Assembly: GCA_963514005.1 (NCBI GenBank)
Contig: OY740808.1
Span: 13,144,001 to 13,208,000, forward strand
Source: Raja brachyura
Taxonomy: Eukaryota
Length of the DNA stretch: 64,000 nucleotides
Direction: 5' to 3'
In this document: positions 38,045 to 50,673 of the stretch, in pieces
Position numbering within the stretch: position 1 is the first letter of the stretch
Layout: every line of letters starts with the position of its first letter
The notes under the pieces: model-generated
Database searches by the model: none
Told to the model about the DNA's origin: nothing
Seen by the model: only the letters and a program-made list of their open reading frames with translations
Position numbers and translations under genes: made by a program

Positions 38045-40903
38045 TTTAAATCTTTTTATTTGAATTTCACAGCAATTTGCATACATACAATGATAACAGA
38101 CAGTGATAGTCAGGACATAATTGTGCAACAGTATGTAAGCGACCCTCAAAGCCCTTACCCTTACCCCCCCTCAATCCACCCGAATCAGGTCGGAACCAAA
38201 CGGGGACAAACAACATTCACATGCGTACACATCCACACAAATACGATAAGATAAACGAAACAAAATGTACAAAACCCCCCCCCCCCCCCAAAAAAAGGTG
38301 TGTTTTGGGGGGGGGGGGCGGGTGTTGAGCGGAGTGCAGCTGCAATAAGACAGAGCAGTGATAGAAGTCCTCTTCCGAGTCCTGAAACAAGTTGAGAAAG
38401 TTAACAAGTTCCAGGAAAGGTTTCCATGTATCTAGGAATGTCTTGGTAGAGCCTTTGAGAGAAAACCTAAGTTTTTCAAGCTTTAAATTGTAGAGCACCT
38501 CCTTGATCCAGCGGGCATGAGTCGGGGGACAGGTAAGCCTCCACTTAAGCAAGATCCGTCTCCGGGCTAACAAAGTTGTAAAAGCCAGGACCCGCTTCAA
38601 TGCAACAAAGAGGTTGGTGTTGGGAGGAGTGCCAAAAATAGCTGACAGTGGGTTTGGAGGAATAGGCTCTGCTTATCACGTTGAAAGCACTCCTCCAAAA
38701 GGCTGCCAGCTTAGGGCAAGACCAAAACATATGGCTATGGTTCGCAGGGGATTGATTACATCTGTTGCAGGTGTCCTTGACAGCGGGGTATATTCTAGAT
38801 AATCTTGCATTTGTGTAGTGGAGTTTGTGAAGGACTTTGCATTGGATTGGTCCATGACGGGCACATATGGAGGAAGAATGGATCAAATTCAAGGCAGTCC
38901 CATTGCTGGTCTGTTAGTTTCATATTCAGCTCGCCCTCCCATGCAGCTTTTAATGAGGTATGAGGATTCAATATTATCGACCCCAACAAGTTATACAAAA
39001 AAGAGATGCATTTCTTCCGGTTGGGATCTAGAGCTAGGATGGAATCGGTCTGGGGTTTCAGGGGGGCGATTTGGGAAGTGAGGGAATGTCTTCTTCACAA
39101 AATCCCTAATCTGGAAAAAACGGAAAAGGTGGGTGTTTGGGAGGCTGTAGTTGGACGAAAGCTCCCCAAAGGATGAAAAAATGCCATCCTTGTATAGGTT
39201 TTTGATACTACTGATACCATTACTATGCCAGGTTTTGAATGCGGAGTCTATACTTGAAGGTTTAAAGATGTGATTTTTAAGCAGTGGGGTCCAGATGGAA
39301 GGGCCTTGTAAACCGAAGTTTTTCCTGAGTTGACTCCATATCTTGAGCGAGAGGGAAGCAATTGGGCCTGCACCCACAGATATTGTAGAAATGGGGAGTT
39401 TGGAGCATAGAACAGACCGCAATGGGAGACGTGAACTCGCCTTTTCCATGTGCACCCAGGTCGGTAGGTGGTCGCAATCATCATTCATCCAATACAGGAT
39501 TTTTTGCAAGTTAGCTGCCCAATAATATCGCCTAAAGTCAGGAAGTGCCAAAACGCCGTCACTCTTAGGAGACTGGATTATCGTCTTTCGAATTCTAGCC
39601 AGTTTGCTATCCCATAAAAATTTAGATATTCTCCTTTATAATTTATCAAAAAAGATTTAGTGATAAGTATAAGGACGTGCTGGAAAAGATACAGGAATTT
39701 GGGTAGGACGACCATCTTGACCAGATTTATCCGGGCCGCGAGGGATAATGGTAAAACTGACCAGCGGTCAAAGTCGCTCTCAGCTTTCTCAACCAGAGGC
39801 AGGAAGTTTGTGCGGAACATATCAGATATAGGTGTTGTGATAAAAACGCCGAGGTAGCGAAACCCGTCCTCTGCCCATTTAAACGAGGTTAAAGAGCGAG
39901 GGAGCTGCTTAGCCAATGAGTTAATCGGTAATAGCTCACTTTTTTGGTAGTTAAGTTTATAACCAGAGTAGGCACCGAACCGTTCTAAAATATTCATAAT
40001 CACAGGGAGAGAGCTGACTGGATTCGAGATGTACAGAAGCAGCTCATCCGCATACAATGAGACTTTATGAGTTGTGTCAAACCGTGTAATACCTTTAAAG
40101 CCGTTCTCTGAGCGTAACCAAACCGCCAAGGGTTCTATCGCAACAGCAAACAGGAGTGGTGATAATGGGCAACCCTGCCTGGTGCCTCTCCGAAGGAGGA
40201 AGTGGGGCGACAGTGTGTCGTTTGTTTGTACTGAGGCCACCGGGGACGAGTATAACAACCTGACCCAAAGAATGAAACTCTTGCCGAGTCCAAACCTGTC
40301 CATCGCCTCATATAGGTACCTCCACTCGATCCTGTCGAAAGCTTTTTCGGCGTCGAGGGAGACCACTATCTCCGGGGTCTCACTACTTGGTGAATGGATG
40401 ATGTTAAGGAGAGGCCTAGTATTGTGGAAGGACTGTCGGCTTGGCATGAACCCTGTTTGATCTAACAAGATAATAGAGGGCATCACTTGTTGAAGACGGA
40501 GCGCAAGGACTTTAGAGAGGATTTTGAGGTCACATTCAGGAGTGAAATTGGTCTGTAGCTACTACAAAGCAGGGGATCTTTCTCCTTTTTAAGAATTCAG
40601 GAGATAGTAGCCCACAACAAGGTGGGCGGTAGGCGACGATGTAGAAACGCCTCATTGTACATATCTCTCAGGACAGGTGCGAGGAGAGCAGGGAAAGCTT
40701 TGTAATGTTCTACAGTGAAACCGTCAAGGCCGGGCGACTTTCCGCTTTACAATGATGTGATGGCTGCTTGGATCTCAGCAACAGTTATGGGACCACCCAA
40801 GTCTTTCGTGCCTTCATCGTCAATTCGGGGAAACGTCATACTACGGAGCATGTCATCTGCAGTGGGAGGACAATTGGAAGCGTATAGTTCAGCGTAGAAT
40901 TCA
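38045..40903 (-). mobile_element. 5'-truncated L1-clade LINE (ORF2 RT + C-terminal Cys-rich domain), frameshifted
   Basis: DQTGFMP, SLDAEKAFDRIEW, GTRQGCPLSPLLF, LYADE, C-terminal CNRC...HMFWSCP; 15-bp TSD gctcagaatgttata at 38030-38044 and 40904-40918. Confidence 0.93.
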
Positions 40904-41565
40904 GCTCAGAATGTTATAAGTGTTTGAACTTCTCTCCACTGGATCTGTGATTTATCAGTCTTTGAGTATGTAAGAGATAAAGATTGCAGGACTTCTAAAT
41001 ACTACGTTCAGGCGAAATATGGAGCAGATGTTTCTTACTAGTCTTATTGAGATATCTTAATCATACATTATTGGATGGATACAGTGCCCTCCATAATGTT
41101 TGGGCCAAAGACCCATCATTTATTTATTCGCCTCTGTTCTCCACAATTTGGAATTTGTAATAGAAAAAAATCACATGTGGTTAAAGTGCACATTGTTAGA
41201 TTTTATTTGGTCTCACCATGTAGAAATTACAAGTGTGTTTATACATGCCCCCCCCCCCCCATTTCAGGCCACCATAGTGTTTGGGACACATGGCTTCACA
41301 GCTGTTTGTAACTGTTCAGGTGTGTATAATTGCCTCATTCATGCAGGTATAAGAGAGCTCTCAGCACCTAGTCTGTCCCCCAGTCTTTCCATCACCTTTG
41401 GAAACCTTTATTGCTGTTTATCAACATGAGGACCAAAGTTGTGCCAATGAAAGTCAAATAAACCATTTTGAGACTGAGAAACAAGAATAAAAATGTTAGA
41501 GACATCAGCCAAACCTTAGGCTTACCACAAATCAACTGTTTGGAACATTATTAAGAAGAAAGAGC

Positions 41566-43211
41566 GGCTTGCAAAAGTTTTCATACCCCTTGAACTTTTC
41601 CACATTTTGTCACGTTACAACCACAAACGTAAATGTATTTAATTGGGATTTTATGTGATAGACCAACACAAAGTGGAGCATAATTGTGAAGTGGAAGGAA
41701 AATCATACATGGTTTTCAAATTTTTTTACAAATAAAAAACTGAAAAGTGTGGCGTGCAAAATTATTCAGCCCCCTTTACTCTGATACCCCTAAATAAAAT
41801 CCAGTGCAACCAATTGCCTTCAGAAGTCATCTAATTAGTAAATAGAGTCCACTTGTGTGTAATCTAATCTCAGTATAAGTACAGCTGTTCTGTGAAGGCC
41901 TCAGAGGTTTGTTAGAGAACATTAGTGAACAAACAGCATCATGAAGCCCAAGGAACACACCAGACAGGTCAGGGATAAAATTGTGGATAAGTTTAAAGCA
42001 GGGTTAGGTTATTAAAAAAATCCCAAGCTTTGAACATATCATGGAGCACTGTTCAATCCATCATCCAAAAATGGAAAGAGTATGGCACAACTGCAAACCT
42101 ACCAAGACATGGCCGTCCACCTAAACTGACAGGCCGGGCAAGGAGAGCATTGATCAGAGAAGCAGCCAAGAGGCCCATGGTAACTCTGGAGGAGCTGCAG
42201 AGATCCACAGCTCAGGTGGGAGAATCTGCCCACAGGACAACTATTAGTCATGCACTCCACAAATCAGGCCTTTATGGAAGAGTGGCAAGAAGAAAGCCAT
42301 TGTTGAAACAAAGCCATAAGAAGTCCCGTTTGGAGTTTGCCACAAGCCATGTGGGGGACACAGCAAACATGTGGAGGAAGGTGCTCTGGTCTGATGAAAA
42401 ATTGAAGTTTTTGGCCTAATTGCAAAACGCTATGTGTGGCGGAAAACTAACACTGCACATCACCCAGAACACACCATCCCCACTGTGAAACATGGTGGTG
42501 GCAGCATCATGCTGTGGGGATGCTTTTCTTCAGCAGGGACAGGGAAGCTGGTCAGAGTTGATGGGAAAATGGATGGAGCCAAATACAGGGAAATCTTGTT
42601 AAAGAAGGAACTGCAGATGCTGGAGAATCGAGGGTTACACAAAAAGCTGGAGAAACTCAGCGGGTGCAGCAGCATCTAAGGAGCGAAGGAGATAGGCGAC
42701 GTTTCGGGTCGAGACCCTTCAGTCTGAAGAAGGGTCTCGACCCGAAACGTCGCCTATCTCCTTCGCTCCTTAGATGCTGCTGCACCCGCTGAGTTTCTCC
42801 AGCTTTTTGTGTAACCCTACAGGGAAATCTTGCTGTTCACAGATGCTCTCCATCCAATCTGACTGAGCTTGAGCTATTTTGCAGAGAAGAATGGGCAAAC
42901 ATTTCAGTCTCTAGATGTGCAAAGCTGGTAGAGACATACCCCAAAAGACTTGCAGCTGTAATTGCAGCGAAAGGTGGTTCTACAAAGTATTGAGTCAGGG
43001 GGGCTGAATACTTTTGCACGCCACACTTTTCAGTTTTTTATTTGTAATAAAATTTGGAAACCATGTATCATTTTCCTTCCACTTCACAATTATGCACCAC
43101 TTTGTGTTGGTCTATCACATAAAATCCCAATAAAATCCATTTATGTTTGTGGTTGTAACGTGACAAAATGTGGAAAAGTTCAAAGGGTATGAATATTTTT
43201 GCAAGCCACTG
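41566..43211 (+). mobile_element. Inner Tc1 transposon, Passport-like, with ~210-bp IR/DR-type TIRs; transposase pseudogene 41941-42993
   Basis: MKPKEHTRQVRDK...KWKEYGTTANLPRHGRPPKL...KVLWSDE...[17 protein letters not shown]...YPKRLAAVIAAKGGSTKY*; right end GCAAGCCACTG|TA, left end lacks TACAGT; stop codon, frameshift and catalytic-region deletion. Confidence 0.92.
42599..42818 (-). mobile_element. Second palindromic PLE terminal-repeat insertion with hammerhead core
   Basis: Perfect 90-bp arms 42631-42720/42729-42818; tail 42598-42630; TSD tacagggaaatcttg 42584-42598/42818-42832; HHR core on + strand 42724-42751. Confidence 0.9.
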
Positions 43212-45619
43212 TAAGCTAAAGATGGCTGCAATGCATTCCTGGCAGAGCATCACCAGGGAAGACACCCAGCAACTGATGATGTCCATGAACCACAGACTTC
43301 AAGCAGCCATTGCAGGCAACAAAATAATAATGTAACTATTTTCATTTACATGACATTGCAGTGTCCCAAATATTATGGTGCCCTGAAATGGGGGGGATTA
43401 TGTATAAAAATGGCCTTTATTAAAATCTGACGTGCACTTTAACCACATGTTTTTTTTCTATTACAAATCTCAAATTGTGGAGCACAGGGGCAAATAAATA
43501 AATGATGGGTCTTCGTCCCAAACATTATGGAGGGCACTGTAAGTTATAATTTCAAGGACAATGCGGAATTCAAATATTGTGAACAGCGAGAAGGGCAATA
43601 ATAGAATTCAGGAGGCACAAACTCAAGCAGATGAAATATGGAGGGATGCTCTGCCGAACAAGATGGAGAAGGGATGGTATGAATTAAATGCGATAGTTTC
43701 AAAGTCTGAAAATTAAGCCGCAGAAGAAATGCTTGGCTTTGTAAGTAGAAATAAACAATAGTAGCGCAATTCTGGAAATCACACATCGGAACTTTGTCAA
43801 GGCCTTATAATGGTGTAGAAGAAAAATAAAAGTCTGATATCGTGGATTAGTGTTATTGTTTATGGATGACTTAAATTACGGGAAGAATCTGAAGAAACTC
43901 TGTTCTTTAAATAGAGCACTTTAAGGAAGATTTGATTGGGATATTTAAAATATTGAGGCATTTTGCTACAGTGAGTGAGAATGTAGTTGCAGTGGTAAAA
44001 TTGTTGACATTAGAAAACAAAGACAAATGGCAATGATCCGAAAAATAAAATCTCAGGAGAAACGATGTGGAATCTTAAATGCACTGACTGAATATTAGGT
44101 TAATCAAGTCCAATATCAGTGATCAAAATTTAATTGGAAAAAATACTTAAATTAAGAAAATGAAGTTATGGAGAAAAAGAATGACTGTAGGACTAATTAA
44201 ATTTATCAAAAGACAGGTATGCTGAACCAAATGGCTCGTAGCTATTCCATATAATTGTTTGATGATGGTAAAAATCACGTTAAAATGGTCTTTAGTAGCT
44301 TTGAAACCGTGAAGTCATGTATAAAATTATTTTTTTATTTTCTGAAATGTAATCCAATGGTGACTTGACAATGAAAAGTGTGGTCTCCATTATTAATCAA
44401 TAATCATATTATATGAAACGTAGTTTTTTCTGAAAATTACACAGATACAAATAAATTAGTGAAGCAGTCATACTCGAGCGTGATTGCCTGATAATAGATT
44501 AAAGATTTAATATCTCTGAATAGCAATAATTCTGTTAGGACTACCTGTTTTCCATATAATTCTTGTAACAGCTTTTATATTTTTCCATATTAGTAACTGC
44601 TTTGTTTCTTGGCTCTGCTTTTATTTAAGTGGAATTTTCCAAAGCATTGACTTCCATGTGCAAATGATATTGCGTGCTGACTAAGTCACAGCAACAATCT
44701 CTTCCCATCTGTGCCAAAGCATGTTTCTTTCTGTTTTGTGTTACTGAAAGAGATTCAGTCAGGCACGTAGTGCATTAAAAAAGTTCAACACATTAAAACA
44801 CCTGGCAAAGTGAAGAATAATATTCCATTGCTGATGTACGATTTCCATTCCTCTTAAGTCAAAGTGACTAAAATCACAGGGAATCTGAATTGGAATGAAT
44901 TTTCAAGTTTTTTGATGACTCATTACTTTCATAATTACCACACATTGTTGGCACTCCTTTTAGTTAGCGTATAGAAATGAAGCCAAAGCATTCACATCAA
45001 CTGAACTTCCACTGGGGAAAAAGACGAGAAAGCTAAACAGATTAGGGCTATTTATTTATTCCCAACTTCTCAAGAATTTAGATACTTCAGCATCTTGCAT
45101 TAGTATTTGCATAGCTATTAATATCTCATGACAAATTTTTATTCCTCAATAGCTATTAATAGCATGATACATTTTTATTCCTGAATTTAAAAAAATAATA
45201 ATAAATTTTTAGATGTTGGCCTGGAAGAAGTCAACGCTTGTTCACTGAATTTGGAGAATTTTGTAGAGATAACATTGGTATTTTTACAATGCTTTTTGGT
45301 GCCTGCTACAGGAAGTCTGGGTCTCAGTAGCAAAAAGCGGACAGGGATCAATGCCGCCCAGTTGACCATATGTTCTCTACAAGGTCTGATCTTGTATTGG
45401 GTCTTGTACAAAGATAGATTACTTCCTAACAGAAAATTATTTCTACATGTCATCTCTTGCTCCATGATGCATTGCCAAAATGTTTCTACAATTATACTCC
45501 AGGTTTATTCAAACTTTCACCTGTCCAACATACTACTAGTACAAATAACATCCTACAGCTGCATGATAAGATGAACACAAGAAAACATAGTGTATCTTTT
45601 TTCTGTTTAACTTTCATAG

Positions 45620-45709
45620 ACTCCCAAGGCATGTGAGAATTTCATCAAATTGTGCAAAAAGGGATATTACAATGGAACAAAATTTCACAGATCTATCCGG
45701 AACTTCATG
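45620..45709 (+). CDS. PPIL2: PPIL2 exon, cyclophilin domain (TPKACENFIKLCKKGYYNGTKFHRSIRNFM)
   Basis: tttcatag| acceptor, |gtgagt donor, 90 nt phase 0-0; cyclophilin FHR motif. Confidence 0.97.
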
Positions 45710-47299
45710 GTGAGTTTATTGCTTAATACTTTTGAAATGTGACTTGCACAATAGTACTCACTGATTGACACCAATTCAAAATCAGTATTACAAGATTAAT
45801 TTTGTTGGATTTGCTAATGTCAGTAAGAGAAAAGGACAGATCATATTTTACAACCTGGAAGAGTTTTAAAAATATATTTTCTCAGCGTATCCAAAAGCTA
45901 AGCATCTGCGGTCCTTTGTAGTACAGAATCTGATAATTCTCCGAATGACCAAATTCCTTGTGACTAAGTGTTCCTTATCCCAAGGGTATGTTCCTTGTTC
46001 TGGATATTTAGTGCTGTCTAGCCTTAATTCCTTAATTGAGTGAACACAGTTCCATGGTATAAAACTGCTTGCAATTTGACAATCTTTCTCACTTAATCAC
46101 TGGATCATAGGCACTGAAATTGGTAACGCATGACAAACGTGCTTTTGGAAAGACTTTCACCTTAAATTGTCCAATTTGAGCAAACTGATGCCAAAGCAAA
46201 TGGAAAATTATCGGCATCTAACATGTTGTATTTGCATTGAGCGTGTTGCATTGTGATACTGGCCATTAAATCTGTAAATTTGCCAATGTCAGCATCACTT
46301 ATGCCCAGTTAATAGTCAGTGTTGGTAAACGGAGCTCCACATTACATCGAATGTGACAATTGTGTGGGGAGATCTCCTTGAGGACAGTAGTGACTGTCAT
46401 TGCTGTACTGCTTAACCAGATGTCCAGGCCATTATTTTGTACACCGCAAAAATGTACTCATTTTAAAACTAGCAGTCGAACTGTAAATAAAATATATTTA
46501 ATCCTGCAACAATCGTAGGTTCCTGACATTTTCCCTTATTGCTGATAGGCATGTGATGACTGCAAAGCCCAGGCAGAAATCAAGTTTTTACCTTTCTGGA
46601 TTTTTTTTAAATTATAGACATTGTTATGCAGAGTTAGAGGAGCAAATAGGTGAGACCATTTCAGACAAATGGCAGAACTAAAGAATTAGTGAAGAAATCA
46701 CATGGTCTGGCTGGATCAATTGAATCTCAGCAAAGACTTCATTCTAATATAACAGTCATTCAATTTAATGCCCATATTTGATATTTTTAATCCAATTTCT
46801 CAATTTTATCCATTGCTTATATTTAGCCATTCAGTTACTCTGGGGGAGGGACATTTGTTTCTTTCCTCTGCAGTATAGACTGCTTGGTCATCTTAGTCTC
46901 CTTGTTCCCTTTGTTTGAATCTCTCCTCCCTAAAAACATCTGAGTGCCATTTTCTTCCTTAGACATGGATTAGTATATAATTAATCATTACAAAACAGTA
47001 CTTAAGATTGTTTTTATATCAACCTTAAGACATTTGACTGAATACCATTCCGGGTACAACTTCGACTGCTGTTACACATCAAATCCAACTACTGTGATAT
47101 GTACGAAATAAAAAAGTTGTTAGTATTAAAATTAAAGCAAAAATGTTATGCTGCACAATTTCAATTACTAGATCCTAAATATTAGTAGTAATAGATCTCA
47201 CTAGTTGGATTACGATATTTTACAGTTGGTAACTTGAATGTGCATCCAGGTAATGATCTTCAGTTTTAGATGATTAATAAAGTAGTGCTATTTGCTAAA

Positions 47300-49900
47300 A
47301 TTATACAAAATGAATGACTAGGAAATGCAATCAATCCAATTAAACCTAGTCCATAAAGCTGTAATATTCGTCTGTCTCCCTAGGAGAGAGAAAAAATAAT
47401 ACCTTTTGACAATTTATGAAAATACCCATGGCATTTCAATCTAATCCTTTTGGTCAATCTAACAGGCCCTTAACAAAGTTCAGTGTCACATGATACAGAT
47501 GTTAAGTCTGTAGTAAATAATCTTTTGGGATCATCCCAATCGGATGATCAGGATAGCACTTCGTTGGCCAACAAGAGTTTAAAACTAAGGAGCTGGAGCA
47601 ATTAAACATCTTATCATAATTTCTTGGTACAATTTCCAACAGGGTTATGTTCCTGAAAACTGTTTGTAACCAAAATAGTATCCAAGTGGAAATGTGGCTG
47701 CCCGGCACTATATTTAAATAAAGGTATGGGCAAACCAAGGGGAAACTTGCAGTTAAATCAGGGTTTTTAACACAACCATTCAGCTATTGCCATGAACCAA
47801 GCTCTCGTCAGGCAGAAGATGCCTGCTGCCCTGCAGTTGCTGGCAAATTCATCCCAAACCCTTGTTCGTATTACGGGCTGTCCAGATGTCAGGTGTTTGT
47901 CACCTGGGGTATACCTGCACTTTAATCTTAAATGCAGCTTTTGTATCACCAGTTTGAATATCCTGTTAATAAGGAATTAAGTATAGATGAAGAAGTTATA
48001 GTTAAAGGTCCATTGTTACCACCAGACTCTTCAGGGTGATGTTTTAACTTTGAAGTCAACCTATTTGTCCATTTTTTTTCTCTATTTAAAATCCTATCTA
48101 ATATCTCTTCCAACTGATCAATTACTAACCACCCTCTTTTGCAAAGACAACTAGAGGGTACTTAATCAGCATCTCCAATTTCTATCCTGCCTCCATGCAA
48201 ATTTGCCTCAACAACTGTACAACTTTTTAAAATAATGGAATGGTCCCTTGTTATTTTGTTTTACCCATTTGATCGATCCCTTATTAACTGATTTATAGAC
48301 CAGTTAATAATTTGATATTTTCAGTTTGGATTTTTCTTTGTCCCTTCTCATTGATACATTTAGCCTGATTATTTTATGATTAATATCACCCAATTGCCCC
48401 CCAATGCAACATCTGCCTATTTCCTCCAGAGAGAGCATCAAACATTCTTCCTTCAGTATTGGCAAGAAATGTTTCGAGACTAGGACTTATTTATTCCAAT
48501 TCCAGCTCCTCTTCTCTGGAGTCCATGTTAGATTAATTGAGAGCCCCACTAATTCTATAGTTCTGCCATTTATCTGAAATGGCCTCACCTATTTGCTTTA
48601 CTAACTCTGCATAACTATGTCTATATTTTTTTTTTAATTACCAGAAAGGTAAAAACTTGATTTCTGCCTGGGCTTTGAAATCTCTACTATTACTATTTAT
48701 ATCATATCTACGATGTCTCTCAGCTCTCCTGGGTTTTAGATTCCTTGCATATCCCTGCTGAATACCTTGCAACATCTGCATATCTTAACTTAACAATGCC
48801 AGGTGAATGATATCTAACTACCTGTCAGTAGCCAGTGGTATACCTGTGGTAGTGTTAATAGTTTTCACACTACTACCTCCTAAATAGTCACAGTAGACAA
48901 ACTAAAATTTGAAGTGCTTGTTCCTTATTTGTCTTACATAGCTGCATAATGCCTGCGTACATCACATCAATTGGTAATCTTTTACAGAGACAAGTGAGTT
49001 AACATAACATTTCTCATCTTCGTGCCTAGCTTTTCCGTCAGTATCCAATTGAAATTTGGATATCTATATAATTGAATATGCATATTTTTGACAGCTTTTA
49101 TCGTATTTTCCCTCAGCACTTGTCTCTCTTTTGAAAATTGGCCCTAACAGTCTGACAGGTTTAAAGACTGAATTGTAAGATTATGTCTCAATTTGGTTGT
49201 GGTTTCCTGGATCACTTGCTCATCTCGATGTCCATCATCAGGTCAAGACACAAAAACTGGAAATAGCGCTAAAGAGTTTAAACCATCCAAGTGATGCACT
49301 TTATTTTTTATTTTCAATGGCCTTCCTAATCAATATATTCTGAATCCTTAAGCTTTTGAATAGCTTCATCATACTGTTTTGAAGCTTCATTCATTTTGTT
49401 ATTGATGAATTCTAGCAACTCTTCTGGTACAATAATTGAGCTTGTATTTCCTTGAAGCCAGGTCCAAGCCAGGCACAATCCTTATTTAACAAAATCTAAG
49501 GATATCAGGCTCTTCCTCTAATTTAAATAAATTACTTTGTCCTATTTATTTGATCTAAATTCCCAGCTCATGTGAACCTTTTTGGTTCATGTGCATCCTT
49601 GCAACTGTTCCATAAAATTGTTGACTTCACATTTGCATGCTCTACAAATTCCCACATCCAAATCATGATCAATTGTAATGTACGGCACTATTCTCAATAG
49701 AGACCCCTACTCCTGCCCCAGATAGATCTTCTGTTTATTATGACTACTGCCCTGGACACGTCATTCATTTTTCCATTCCCACACCCATCTGTCTTATATT
49801 CACACATATCCCAATTTACTTAAATGTTCTCTACATTGTTTTATGGACTTATTGGGACGTTATAGCTTCATTTCCAGCTATCGCAAAAGTAGGGAAATGG
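47300..49900 (-). mobile_element. Long, very old CR1-type LINE remnants
   Basis: Scattered CR1-like motifs on the minus strand (GPDDGHR..., NLSDC.G, IGY...); heavily decayed; bounds approximate. Confidence 0.4.
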
Positions 49901-50673
49901 TTAACACGGTAGAAAACATCTTAAATTATTCTGGACAATTGAATGGATATCAGAGAAATGCACAGGATTAAAATGCCTTCATCAGAATGCAAGCACTGAA
50001 GTGTGAAAGTGAAAGACCATCGTCTTTGCTGATAAATTGTATGATTTCACATAAATAGCTTCTTTATGAATACCGTCAGCTGTTTTCCTTGAGCCAGCAA
50101 TCTGAAATTGCAGCTGTATTGCTGCATTATCTGTTTGCACTGAAACAAATCTACAGAAATTGGAACTCATCCTAGAAAGAACTTGTCCTTGCTTCCACCC
50201 TTCCCAGGCACCACTGCATCCACATACCTCAGTGAATTGATATAGTTTCCATACTCAACTTCTGATGTCCTTGTCATCTTACTTGTCACCAACAGTGATG
50301 TTTAATCACATGTTGTGCCCTCAGCAAGCTCTCGCAAGTTCCCATCGCATTGAGTGGCTACTTGCAACCAGTTTCATTGCTACTGGCCATCCTCTGTCCT
50401 TTGCTCCTGTTTTGAAAACTCCATCCATGCATCCTCAGGCTGGTCAATAAGGCCTTACTTTTATTGTCTCTGCTTTCATATCTCGTACGCCAATGTTTTT
50501 ATTTTTGGCTCTGCACAATATTTACGGTGTGCATGCAAAATGATCCCAGTATTCCCCCATTAATATAAAATATATAATATAGTAATTCATCTAAAATTAT
50601 TTATTGTACATGTGAGTGCACCATTGAATATAAAGTTGTTTCTGGTATTATAGCGATGTCTTTCTTTCCCCAG

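Larger units (their letters stand above)
41082..43539 (+). mobile_element. Outer Tc1-like DNA transposon, internally deleted
   Basis: TA|CAGTGCCCTCCATAATGTTTGGG ... CCCAAACATTATGGAGGGCACTG|TA with long TIRs; transposase N-terminus from ATG 41426 (MRTKVVPMKVK...ISQTLGLP) and C-terminus from ~43214 (W.SITREDTQQL..SM.HRLQA.I). Confidence 0.9.

Noticed and set aside
38275-38322. C-run/G-run inverted hairpin
   Set aside because: Homopolymer tracts in the L1 3' UTR; lengths unreliable and no independent evidence of function.
39578-40486. 302-aa RT ORF as a functional RT or retron-like system
   Set aside because: Part of a 5'-truncated, frameshifted L1 with YADE in place of YADD and a TSD; no prokaryotic context.
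42030-42679. Tc1 ORFs as an active transposase
   Set aside because: Upstream in-frame stop, frameshift after WSDE, hairpin insertion and deletion of the catalytic D/E region.
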